This document shows, in pieces, positions 39,737 through 49,085 of a stretch of DNA of 60,351 bases (within the stretch, counting starts at the first letter, position 1; each line of letters begins with the position of its first letter). The position numbers and the translations under genes are program-made. Location of the stretch: positions 1-60,351 of the forward strand of contig JBGVPD010000071.1 of assembly GCA_045126815.1 (NCBI GenBank), read 5' to 3'. Source of the DNA: Eubacteriales bacterium. Lineage in GTDB: Bacteria; Bacillota; Clostridia; Oscillospirales; CAG-272. The notes beneath the pieces were generated by a model. That model searched no databases, had not been told where the DNA came from, and was given only the letters and a program-made list of their open reading frames with translations.

Positions 39737-40148
39737 ATGTATGATTTGCAGTAAAGTAAAAAAAATAATACTGTTTGCAGTTTTTGTGTTTGTGATAGCT
39801 TTATATTTAAGTGTGAACGTATTTGCATACAGTTACGGTTATTATTATGATGATGACTATGACTATGACTATGACTATGACGAATATTACACTGATTACG
39901 AGCCGGAGAACAAAGAAACAAATGTATTTGACTTAGAGAAAAATTTGTTGATATCAATAGCGGTCGGAGTGGCGATAGCGTTGATAATAACCGGCGTTAT
40001 GCGCTCAAAAATGAAAACCGTTAGATTTGTTAATACGGCTGGAAACTATATAAAACACGGCAGTATGAATATTACCCGAAGGCATGATATATATCTGTAT
40101 TCAACGGTAACTAAAATCCCTAAACCTCAAAATAACAAGAGAAAATAA
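39729..40148 (+). CDS. Short YdjH-like membrane protein with Tyr/Asp-rich segment
   Basis: Signal peptide, YD repeats, TM, then A..Y...GS..IT...DIYLYSTVTK.PKP tail typical of TPM/YdjH proteins; start uncertain. Confidence 0.6.
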   Translation: MGECMICSKVKKIILFAVFVFVIALYLSVNVFAYSYGYYYDDDYDYDYDYDEYYTDYEPENKETNVFDLEKNLLISIAVGVAIALIITGVMRSKMKTVRFVNTAGNYIKHGSMNITRRHDIYLYSTVTKIPKPQNNKRK

Positions 40149-40184
40149 AAAAATGCTATATGCAACAAGCAGTTGCGTATAGCA

Positions 40185-41411
40185 TTATTTTTTGTTTTTA
40201 ATGTTATCCCAGTAAGCTTTAGCCGCCAATTCCTGTTTGTTTTCTCCAAATTTGTAGTAGTTACCTGAAGCATCGTCGGGAAGGTACTTCTGTTCTACAT
40301 AATGATTTGGATAGTCGTGAGGATATTTGTATTCGTCATGGTATCTCGTTTGGAAAAGTCTTGGGGTAGACATACCGTTGCCTTTTTCGATATCCTCTTT
40401 GGCAAGGGCATACGCCATATATGCACTGTTAGACTTAGGACACGTTGCAAGGAATACAGTGGCGTTTGCCAGAGGAATACGAGCTTCGGGCATACCGAGA
40501 TTAAACGCGCTGTCGACACAACTTTTCACCATAACGGGAGCTAATGGATAAGCTAACCCTATATCTTCACTGGCGATAACCTGAAGTCTTCTGCAGGCAG
40601 ATATCATATCACCGCTCTCAAGTAATTTTACAAGATAGAAGACCGCAGCATCGGGATCGCTGCCACGTATTGATTTTTGAAGAGCAGAAAGCATATCGTA
40701 GTGATTGTCACCGTGTCTGTCGTATACAGCAGTTATTTCGGGGATAAATGAATCAATATGGTTAGGAGTAATTTCCGTATCGGCTGTCATATAAATGTTT
40801 TCAAGCGTATTCAGAGCGCGTCTTACGTCACCCGATGAGCATTTTGCAATTTGAAGGAGACAATCGTCGGTTGCTTTTATATTATTTTTCTTTTCTTCAT
40901 TTAATATTTCAAGACCTCTTTTGAGGGCAGGGAGCATATCTTCTTTTGTGACTGATTTAAATTCAAATACCGCAGAACGTGATAAGATCGAGTTATAAAT
41001 ATAGAAAAATGGATTTTCCGTTGTAGAGGCAATTAAAGTAATTCTGCCGTCTTCCATATATTCAAGAAGAGACTGCTGTTGCTTTTTGTTAAAATATTGT
41101 ATTTCATCCAGATAAAGCAATATACCGTTTGAACCAAAAAGGGTACCTGTTTGAGATATAATATCCTTTACGTCGCTTAAGGAAGCAGAGGTGGCATTAA
41201 GAGAGAACAACTTCATTCCGCTTTTTTTTGCAATAATATTAGCGGCTGTTGTTTTGCCTGTTCCGGGAGGACCGTAGAATATCATATTGGTTACGTAGTT
41301 ATTTTTATCCATTCGTGTAATGGCGCCGTTTTCACCGAAAAGATGCTTCTGACCAACCATTTCCGAAAAACTTTGCGGTCTTATTCTGTCTGCCAAAGGC
41401 TGATTACTCAT
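40185..41411 (-). CDS. rarA: Replication-associated recombination protein A
   Basis: PLADRIRP, YGPPGTGKTT, LDEI, TTENP, SALQKSIRGSDPDAA, SEDIGLA. Confidence 0.95.
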   Translation of the reverse strand: MSNQPLADRIRPQSFSEMVGQKHLFGENGAITRMDKNNYVTNMIFYGPPGTGKTTAANIIAKKSGMKLFSLNATSASLSDVKDIISQTGTLFGSNGILLYLDEIQYFNKKQQQSLLEYMEDGRITLIASTTENPFFYIYNSILSRSAVFEFKSVTKEDMLPALKRGLEILNEEKKNNIKATDDCLLQIAKCSSGDVRRALNTLENIYMTADTEITPNHIDSFIPEITAVYDRHGDNHYDMLSALQKSIRGSDPDAAVFYLVKLLESGDMISACRRLQVIASEDIGLAYPLAPVMVKSCVDSAFNLGMPEARIPLANATVFLATCPKSNSAYMAYALAKEDIEKGNGMSTPRLFQTRYHDEYKYPHDYPNHYVEQKYLPDDASGNYYKFGENKQELAAKAYWDNIKNKK

Positions 41412-41488
41412 AATATACCTCCTTTCAATATCATAATAGAATTATACAGTCGATATCAAATATTGTCAACCGAATTAGGTGTTTATCA

Positions 41489-42565
41489 TTATAATTTTAC
41501 TTCGCTTTTTGTTTCTGCCGAAGTATAGATAGCTTGTATGATCTTTGCAGATTTAATAACATAGTCGATGTGAGAAGGGAGCTTCTCGCCTGTTTCAACG
41601 CAGTTAACAAATGCTTGGATTTGGTTTTGGAACATTTCCATAAAGAGATTTGAGGTGTCAAACTCCGGTGTTTCTTCATAATACTTGCCATCTTTCGTTG
41701 TAAAGTATGTGAAGTCATTCCCATAACGCAAACGGATACCACCCTTGTCACCCATAAAGTCGATATACATTTCGCTACGAGCGATATTTTGAGCCCAAGC
41801 ACCGTTAAGAGAAATAGTAGGGCCGTTTGTTCTGACTATACCGGTAACCGATTCTTCAACGTCAAACGTTCCGTCAAGAACGGGAGGACCTGCCCACATA
41901 TTTCTGTATACGTAGTTAGGAATATCTTTGCCTAAACGCGAGAAAGTGTCTCCTGTGACCGATAAAGGAGTCGGATCACCCGTACAATACATAACGATAT
42001 CAATAAAGTGAATACCCATGTCAATAAGAACACCGCCGCCGGAAATAGACTTTGTTGTAAATGCGCCGCCAAGTCCGGGGATACCGCGGTGAGCGCGAAA
42101 TGAGGCGTAAACGTGAAAAACTTCACCAAGTTTTCCGTCTTCTATATATTTTTTAATCATATTAACGGGCTCGTTGAAACGGTTAACAACACCTATGTTA
42201 AGTGTCATACCCGTAGATTTTTGAGCTTGTTGCATCTTTAAAGCTTCGTCAAGATTTATAGCGGCAGGTTTTTCGCAAAGAACGTGTTTTCCTGCATTTA
42301 GAAAGTCTATGGCGATAGTTGAGTGAACTCTGTTTGGAGTGCATATAGATACTGCGTCAACTTCAGGGTCATTCAATATTTCTTTGTAATCTTTAACTGC
42401 AATTCCGCAACCGAATTTTTTAGTAGCGGCTATAGCCCTTTCTTCTATTATGTCGCAAAAATATTTGATTTCTGCGTTTTTGCATTTGAGGTATGATGGA
42501 ATGTGCGCTGTTTTTGCTATCGAACCGCATCCTATAATTGCTACTTTTACCATAACTTTCTCCAT
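41489..42565 (-). CDS. Gfo/Idh/MocA oxidoreductase
   Basis: IIGCGSIA, KHVLCEKP, GGGVLIDMGIH. Confidence 0.93.
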   Translation of the reverse strand: MEKVMVKVAIIGCGSIAKTAHIPSYLKCKNAEIKYFCDIIEERAIAATKKFGCGIAVKDYKEILNDPEVDAVSICTPNRVHSTIAIDFLNAGKHVLCEKPAAINLDEALKMQQAQKSTGMTLNIGVVNRFNEPVNMIKKYIEDGKLGEVFHVYASFRAHRGIPGLGGAFTTKSISGGGVLIDMGIHFIDIVMYCTGDPTPLSVTGDTFSRLGKDIPNYVYRNMWAGPPVLDGTFDVEESVTGIVRTNGPTISLNGAWAQNIARSEMYIDFMGDKGGIRLRYGNDFTYFTTKDGKYYEETPEFDTSNLFMEMFQNQIQAFVNCVETGEKLPSHIDYVIKSAKIIQAIYTSAETKSEVKL

Positions 42566-42694
42566 AAGAAAATTTAAAAAATATTACTATTTTAAATTTT
42601 ATATTAAATAGAAGGTAAAGTCAATAATTTTCCGGTTAAATAATGAAAAAATGCTATTGCAATATGGAAAAAAATGTGATAGAATAGATGCACC

Positions 42695-42792
42695 ACAGAG
42701 TAGGCAGATGAGCGTTAAGTGCTGATTGAACAGGGAGTTGTCAGTCGGACGAAAGCAGTTAATGTTGCGGTTCATCAGCCGCATCCCGCTGT
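42695..42792 (+). ncRNA. THF riboswitch
   Basis: ACAGAGTAGG..GCGTTAAGTG..GGGAGTTG..ACGAAA..TTGCGG..CCGCATCCCGCTGT; the downstream hairpin CTTCCTCA/TGAGGAGG sequesters the folT SD and is followed by T7. Confidence 0.92.
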
Positions 42793-42862
42793 TGCATATA
42801 TGAGTTGTATTATACTTCCTCATTTTGTGGCTTTGGAATGCACAACGTGAGGAGGTTTTTTT

Positions 42863-43402
42863 ATGAAAAAACAAAAAAATATAGCACTTTTCGGTAGTGT
42901 AAAGGTATTGGTTTTTGCGGCTTTTCTATGCGCCATAAGCGGTGTTATGAAGCTTATAGCGCCATCGGGTGATACATGGCGAATAAGTTTTGAGAATTTT
43001 CCGATATTGTTTGCAGGAATAACTTTAGGGCCGCTGATTGGCGGTGCTGTCGGTATAGCTTCTGACCTTTTAGGTTGTCTTTTCAAAGGATATGCAATCA
43101 ATCCTTTTATAACGTTAGCATCCATGATGATAGGTATTATATCGGGGATTACATTTAAGGCAATAAAGAGTAAAAAGAAGGAATTACCTATTATAACAGC
43201 TGTATTTTTAGGGCATATAATCAGCAATATGGTTATCAAAACCGTTGTTTTGTCAAAAATGTACGGAATGGCTTTGGAGGTCTTGATACCTGAACGAACC
43301 GTTACGTATCTTATTACCGCTTTAGCCGAAAGTATAATAATTATTATACTTTACAGAAATAACGCGATAAAAAACGGATTAGAAAGAGTGAAAACGAAAT
43401 GA
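42863..43402 (+). CDS. folT: Folate ECF transporter S component
   Basis: RISFENFPILFAGITLGPLIG..SDLLG..NP.IT; THF riboswitch upstream. Confidence 0.85.
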   Translation: MKKQKNIALFGSVKVLVFAAFLCAISGVMKLIAPSGDTWRISFENFPILFAGITLGPLIGGAVGIASDLLGCLFKGYAINPFITLASMMIGIISGITFKAIKSKKKELPIITAVFLGHIISNMVIKTVVLSKMYGMALEVLIPERTVTYLITALAESIIIIILYRNNAIKNGLERVKTK

Positions 43403-44679
43403 ATATTAAAGAAACGTTGGAATATATACATTCAGTTTGTTGGAAGGGAAGCCGTCCCGGACTTGAAAGAACGAGAGAACTTCTTGGGATGATGGGTAAT
43501 CCGCAAGATAGGCTCAAATATATTCACGTAGCGGGAACAAACGGCAAGGGTTCTGTCTGTTCAATGCTGTCAAGCGTGTTGAGAGAAGCGGGATACAAAA
43601 CGGGACTTTATACGTCGCCTTTTGTAAGATATTTCAACGAAAGAATGGTAATTGACGGTCAGATGATATCAGATGAAGAACTGTCTGAAGTTACAAGTTA
43701 CGTAAAGCAGTTTGCTGATAAAATGAGTGATGTACCGACTGAATTTGAACTTATAACCGCGATAGCTTTTGAGTATTTTAGCAGAAATAACTGTGATATA
43801 GTCGTGCTTGAAACGGGTATGGGCGGAAGACTGGATTCAACCAATATTATAAAAACTCCGGTTTTGTCGATAATTACGGGGATAGCGCTTGACCATACGG
43901 CTTATCTCGGCGATACGATACAAAAAATCGCAAGAGAAAAGGCAGGGATAATAAAGAATGGTATTCCTGTTGTTTTCGGCGGAAAGAGTATTGAAGCTTA
44001 CAATGCTATTTCGGAAGTTGCAATAGAGAAGGAGTCAAAGCTTTATACGTCTTCTTCCCAACACTTGTCAAATATTGAATTATCTTTATACGGATGTACG
44101 CTTGATTGTAATGAGTATAAGAAGCTTTTCGTTTCGCTTGTGGGCGATTATCAGCCGTCCAATATTGCAACTGTGCTTGAGAGTATTTCCGTTCTGAAAG
44201 GAGTAGGATATAATCTTAACGAAAGCGTTGTAAGAGGTGGTTTGGAAAAGGTTTATTGGCCGGCAAGGTTTGAGATTATAAACAAGGATCCTTTGATGAT
44301 ATATGACGGTGCGCATAACCCCGAAGGGTTAAGAGCTTGTATCGACAGTGTAAAAAGATTTTTCCCAAACAAAAAAGTAAATATTATATCGGGTGTAATG
44401 GCGGATAAAAACGTTGGGGAAATGTTGCCTGTTATTTCCGAGGTGGCAAATGAGGCTTTTACTGTAATACCTGATAATCCGCGTTCCATGGACAGCAAAT
44501 TGTATGCCGAGTATTTTATAAATTATGGGATAAATGCTTATCATTTTGACAGTATAGAAGAGGGTGTGAGAAACGCACTTTTGGCATCAAAAAGAGATGA
44601 CGTTCCGTTAATTGCACTAGGTACTTTATATATGTACGGCGACGTTATAGAGGCTCTTGAGAAAATAAACAATAAATAA
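43399..44679 (+). CDS. folC: Folylpolyglutamate synthase/dihydrofolate synthase
   Basis: HVAGTNGKGS, ETGMGGRLDSTN, WPARFE, DGAHNP. Confidence 0.96.
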   Translation: MNIKETLEYIHSVCWKGSRPGLERTRELLGMMGNPQDRLKYIHVAGTNGKGSVCSMLSSVLREAGYKTGLYTSPFVRYFNERMVIDGQMISDEELSEVTSYVKQFADKMSDVPTEFELITAIAFEYFSRNNCDIVVLETGMGGRLDSTNIIKTPVLSIITGIALDHTAYLGDTIQKIAREKAGIIKNGIPVVFGGKSIEAYNAISEVAIEKESKLYTSSSQHLSNIELSLYGCTLDCNEYKKLFVSLVGDYQPSNIATVLESISVLKGVGYNLNESVVRGGLEKVYWPARFEIINKDPLMIYDGAHNPEGLRACIDSVKRFFPNKKVNIISGVMADKNVGEMLPVISEVANEAFTVIPDNPRSMDSKLYAEYFINYGINAYHFDSIEEGVRNALLASKRDDVPLIALGTLYMYGDVIEALEKINNK

Positions 44680-44723
44680 AAAACAAAAAGGTGATAAGCT
44701 GATAGAAATGCTTTTCACCTTTT

Positions 44724-45140
44724 TTATCTGTTTGTATGAAGATTACCGTTTTTTAAATTCCAAATGTGGCGTATGTTTTTTTCGGAGATCATAACGTCTT
44801 TTTTGAAAAGCGTGATTTTAATGTCCGTTTCAAAAAAGTACTGATCTTTTAAGTCTCCCGACATTGTGAAATACAAATTAAACGGTTTATATCTGAAACG
44901 TTTTCTTGGACTGCTATCAGAGAGGTAATCTTTTTCCGCGTAGTTTTTAAAATCAATATCGATCCACTTTGAAAAGTTAGCAAGAAACTTTTCATAAAAA
45001 TCACTTATCTTTTTGCAAATGCTACCCGTTCCTTCAAAGGTCATAGTGTTATAGTAGACGATACCTATTGGGGTAGCATCGTGTTTGATCATATGTTTTT
45101 TTTCGTTTTGCGTGTAGGTGGGAATACATATATTTTTCAT
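44724..45140 (-). CDS. Hypothetical protein
   Basis: 138-aa ORF converging on folC at a shared hairpin; no recognised family. Confidence 0.55.
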   Translation of the reverse strand: MKNICIPTYTQNEKKHMIKHDATPIGIVYYNTMTFEGTGSICKKISDFYEKFLANFSKWIDIDFKNYAEKDYLSDSSPRKRFRYKPFNLYFTMSGDLKDQYFFETDIKITLFKKDVMISEKNIRHIWNLKNGNLHTNR

Positions 45141-45228
45141 AACAGTTCACTTTCGGTAAAGTAATGTAATAAAATATATGCACGAATAAAAAATAAATGC
45201 CAAGCATTTTTAATGCTCGGCAATTATT

Positions 45229-45690
45229 TTATTTCTTTTTTGAAACAATGCTTTCGCTTTCGATTGTAATTCCACGGTTTTTAATGGGGGTGGAGAATAC
45301 GATCGTTGTTTGTGTTTTTCCAAATTTCTGGATTTCTCCGATGAACGCATCAAGTTCAAATGTTGACGGGAATGCCACTTTTAAAAGCATACTGTATTCA
45401 CCTGTGATAAAGTTGCATTCAAGCACGTTAGGGCACTTGTCTGCAAATTCATAAAACTCGGGCCTTTTTGCGCCTTCCATAGATATGTTGATGAAAGCGG
45501 TAATAAAACAACCGAGTTTGGCAGGATCAATTTCTGCTCTGTATCCCGTAATAACACCGTCGTTTTCAAGCTGTCTGATTCTTGCTGAAACTGCTGGAGA
45601 TGAGAGAAAGACTTTTTCTGCCAGAACTTTGAGAGGGGTGCGGGCATTTTTTTGAAGCATAGATAGAATCTGCTTATCTATATTGTCCAT
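45229..45690 (-). CDS. Lrp/AsnC family regulator
   Basis: MDNIDKQIL..LQKNAR..LS.PAV..RI..LE..GVI.GY. Confidence 0.95.
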   Translation of the reverse strand: MDNIDKQILSMLQKNARTPLKVLAEKVFLSSPAVSARIRQLENDGVITGYRAEIDPAKLGCFITAFINISMEGAKRPEFYEFADKCPNVLECNFITGEYSMLLKVAFPSTFELDAFIGEIQKFGKTQTTIVFSTPIKNRGITIESESIVSKKK

Positions 45691-45863
45691 AACTGTTACT
45701 CCCTTTTTTGCTTATAAAACTACAATGCCATTATAGTTGATAAAGCGACAAATTTCAAGTATTTTTTTAAAAAAATGCTTTATCAAATTAATTGTTTTTG
45801 CAAAAAAACTTTAAGATATTAAAAAAACGAAATCTTTTTAATATAAATCAGCAAAAAGTTAAT

Positions 45864-48122
45864 TTAATTAAGTGGAAGTTCATACCCATTTTTTAAGAAA
45901 ATGATGTTTTTTGTGTTTGGGAGAGTGGTTTTATAGTGTTCAAAGATCTCTTTAGAGGGAAAAAACAGCGATACGTTATCCTTGAAAAAAAGACTTAAAC
46001 GGGCAGGATCACATTTTATACCGTACGTACCGAATATGTAATTATTTTGCGTATTAAAAAGTTTAGTAGCATATCCTTTTCCGTATACAGTTGAGTCAAA
46101 TCCGTAGCTGAAATAAACGTAAGAGCTGTTATTTGCAGAAAGGGTTACGGCTATTGAATCAGGCTTATATTCAGCACTTTTGGAAAGGTTTTCGACTTGT
46201 ATATCTACACCGTTGAAAGCTATTAAATTGTCGTATGGTACAATATCGATTTTGTATTCATTTGCGAGTGAAATGATTTGTTGTTTTATTACCTCATCAT
46301 ACTGTCCGTACGTTGTGGGGAGATATAAAGTTTCAATGTCGGTAACAGCCGATAAACGTTCGACCGACTTTAAATAGCGGTTGGTATAATCGGTTATAAT
46401 ATACCCGTTAAGTTGTGTTAGGTGATTGTTGTTAAGATGTAACTCAGCTAAAAGTGCATTTTGCGTATTTCCACCGGATATGTCTAAAAGAAGGGTTTTT
46501 CTGTTGCTTATTATTAGAAAAGATTGGCCTGAATATGATGTGGAATATATGGCTTTTTGTGTGTCTTTTGTGTTTGCAAAGTGGACATAAATACAAATAC
46601 TGAAAATCAGAATTGACACAATAAACGGAATGAAATAAACAGATTTATTTTTTGGATTTGTCAAAGAAATGATAAATAATGTAACTACCAAAAATATTAT
46701 AATATATTTAGAAAAACTGTAGTTTATTGATATGACAGGAGAAAAGTCGGAAAGTAGCTCTGCCAAAGTAAGCATAAGTTTAGCCGATAGATAGGGGATT
46801 AAAGATACCGAATGAGCTAGAGGTGGTATAAAGGAAAGACAGAGGAACACGGGGCAGGTGTACATAATAGCTAAGAGAAACGGTGTAAATAATATGTTTG
46901 AAATTGGAGAAAGAACAGCTATTTCACCGTAGGATATCCATATTGCAGGAATTGAGAATAAAACGGGGACGATGCCGAATAACAGCATAGACCATAGCTT
47001 TTTAAATGTTGTTTTAAGTAAAGAATGTTTTTCTTCGTTGTTTTGGTTATCAATAGATTTTTGTGTTACGGGAATGGCGACAGCCAATATTCCGTAGGTC
47101 GAAAGGAATGATAACCATAGACCTATATCAAAGACTGAGCATGGTGAGAAAAAGACGATCAACGCGACCGATGTGCAAAGCGAAGTTATTGAATCGTTGC
47201 TTTTTGAAATAAGGAAGGTAAGATAATAGATAATAAGCATTAAGGCTGCTCTTTTTACGGATGATGAAAATCCTGTCAGTCCTGCATAAGCAAATGTAAG
47301 AAAGATCATTAATACGTACTTTTTCTTTTTGTTTATGCTAAGTTTATCAATTATTAGGTCTAGGGTTGATATTAGAATTGAGAGATGAAGTCCGCTAACA
47401 GCGAGCATGTGGGATAGTCCCAGCTTTTGAAAATTGTATTTAGTGTGAGGGGAGAGTTTTGATTTGTTTCCCAATATTAACGCTTGTGATAAATTGTTTT
47501 CTTCACCTTTTATGTGTCTGTCGAATACCGAAGATAATGTGTTGTTAAGTTTGTCAAAGAAGTAGTTAGGGAATAATTTTACAAGAGTTTTATTATCGGT
47601 TATTTTATCTGTAACGTTTGCACTGATGAATATGCCGTTTGACAAGTTGGATATCCTGTTATCAGTTTCGTAGGTGTTGTTCTGGGAAAACATAACTTTT
47701 GCGCTGTATGAATAATAAAGCGGTGTATCAATGGTGCCTTGGAAAGTAATTGTTGCTTTAAAATTCGATCTATCATTATTTACAGAGGTTACTTTTACAG
47801 TGTATATAGAATAGGTATCGGAAACGTAATGTTCTTCTATGGGAATGAAATCAATGTAACATTCTTTGTCAACATAAGTTTGAATGTTGTTGTAGTTGAT
47901 GTCGAAATTTATTATAGAGATGAGTGAAGATATGAGTAATGGCGGAAGAACGAAAAATGTAACAAATTTGAAATTACGTTTTATTAAGAGAAATATGAAG
48001 AGAAGCAGAAAAAATGAAAAGAGAATTGTTTTGACTGTGAGACTAAAGTAGACAGAAATAAGTGTTGAGAAAAGAAAGAGACAACACGAGAAGGCAAAGG
48101 GACGAAGTTTCAAAGCTGTCAA
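45864..48122 (-). CDS. comEC: ComEC/Rec2 competence protein with degenerate metallo-beta-lactamase domain
   Basis: GLSHMLAVSGLH, S..RAA.M, G.WLSF.ST; TTG start after AAAGGAGG. Confidence 0.85.
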   Translation of the reverse strand: MTALKLRPFAFSCCLFLFSTLISVYFSLTVKTILFSFFLLLFIFLLIKRNFKFVTFFVLPPLLISSLISIINFDINYNNIQTYVDKECYIDFIPIEEHYVSDTYSIYTVKVTSVNNDRSNFKATITFQGTIDTPLYYSYSAKVMFSQNNTYETDNRISNLSNGIFISANVTDKITDNKTLVKLFPNYFFDKLNNTLSSVFDRHIKGEENNLSQALILGNKSKLSPHTKYNFQKLGLSHMLAVSGLHLSILISTLDLIIDKLSINKKKKYVLMIFLTFAYAGLTGFSSSVKRAALMLIIYYLTFLISKSNDSITSLCTSVALIVFFSPCSVFDIGLWLSFLSTYGILAVAIPVTQKSIDNQNNEEKHSLLKTTFKKLWSMLLFGIVPVLFSIPAIWISYGEIAVLSPISNILFTPFLLAIMYTCPVFLCLSFIPPLAHSVSLIPYLSAKLMLTLAELLSDFSPVISINYSFSKYIIIFLVVTLFIISLTNPKNKSVYFIPFIVSILIFSICIYVHFANTKDTQKAIYSTSYSGQSFLIISNRKTLLLDISGGNTQNALLAELHLNNNHLTQLNGYIITDYTNRYLKSVERLSAVTDIETLYLPTTYGQYDEVIKQQIISLANEYKIDIVPYDNLIAFNGVDIQVENLSKSAEYKPDSIAVTLSANNSSYVYFSYGFDSTVYGKGYATKLFNTQNNYIFGTYGIKCDPARLSLFFKDNVSLFFPSKEIFEHYKTTLPNTKNIIFLKNGYELPLN

Positions 48123-48332
48123 AGGGTAATCCTCCTTTCAAAAATTAGATTTATAAGAAGAATATACCATTTATATGAGTTTTTGTAAAGAGAATGGGCT
48201 ATAATAATGAGGGATAAAAAAGCGGGAGAGATAAGAATGTATTGTTAACAAAAAATTCATATTCTTTCTATTGCAAAACGAGAGAAAATGTGATATACTA
48301 CGTGAAGTTGAATAGAAAAAGAAGTTCACCGA

Positions 48333-48423
48333 GGAGAAGTACTCAAGTTGGTGAAGAGGCGCCCCTGCTAAGGGTGTAGGTCGGGTAACCGGCGCGAGAG
48401 TTCAAATCTCTCCTTCTCCGCCA
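48333..48423 (+). tRNA. tRNA-Ser(GCT)
   Basis: GGAGAAG/CTTCTCC acceptor stem, anticodon loop CT-GCT-AA, long variable arm, GTTCAAATC T-loop, encoded CCA. Confidence 0.97.
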
Positions 48424-48821
48424 AATAAGGAACAGTAGATTGATACAATCGTATCGACCTACTGTTTTCTTTTTATCGTTAAAAATTGACCGAAAGTCCT
48501 TGTAAATCAAGGGCTTTTTCTCTTTGGTGGTGCATTTCGCTATAAGCGGTGCCTATATCTTATGCCTCGGAAGCCTCAAAATTCAGAAAAGCACTACTCC
48601 CCGTCAAGGTGTAGTGCCTTCCTATCGTTAAAAGATTGGTATTCGTTAAATTACTGATTTAGCGTTCTGCCAAGTTCAATATAGGGCAACTAATCAATGT
48701 AAGGCTATTATCACCATTATTCTACCTAGGGGGGAGAGCACTCTTGCTGAAATTGATACAAGCAGCCTATCGTTGTCCCCCGATTGTGAAGAATTTTTAA
48801 TGCTTTTAAACTCACTTAGTA

Positions 48822-48849
48822 TTGAAAAAATAAAGAAATATGATATAAT
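48822..48849 (+). promoter_or_regulatory. SigA promoter for the peptide/HEPN unit
   Basis: TTGAAA-N16-TATAAT with TG extension. Confidence 0.65.
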
Positions 48850-48911
48850 ATATTTTGGTGATGACGGTAGATTAGGGGCGTTTGCCCACTTCTATCTAAG
48901 GAGGTAACCAT

Positions 48912-49022
48912 ATGAAGGTTAATCCAAGAACCGTCAAGTTTGTGTTGGAACTTGTTGTTGCAGTCGCATCTGCTGCAAGTGTGGTGGTAACCAAGTACTA
49001 TCTTGAATCCCCCCAGCCATAA
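48912..49022 (+). CDS. 36-aa hydrophobic peptide (not in ORF track)
   Basis: TAAGGAGGT RBS; MKVNPRTVKFVLELVVAVASAASVVVTKYYLESPQP*. Confidence 0.65.
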   Translation: MKVNPRTVKFVLELVVAVASAASVVVTKYYLESPQP

Positions 49023-49085
49023 CTCACCACGGGTACATTATCCTTTGGGAAGTGTGCCCGATTTGTTTATTAGGGAGGTCTATAA

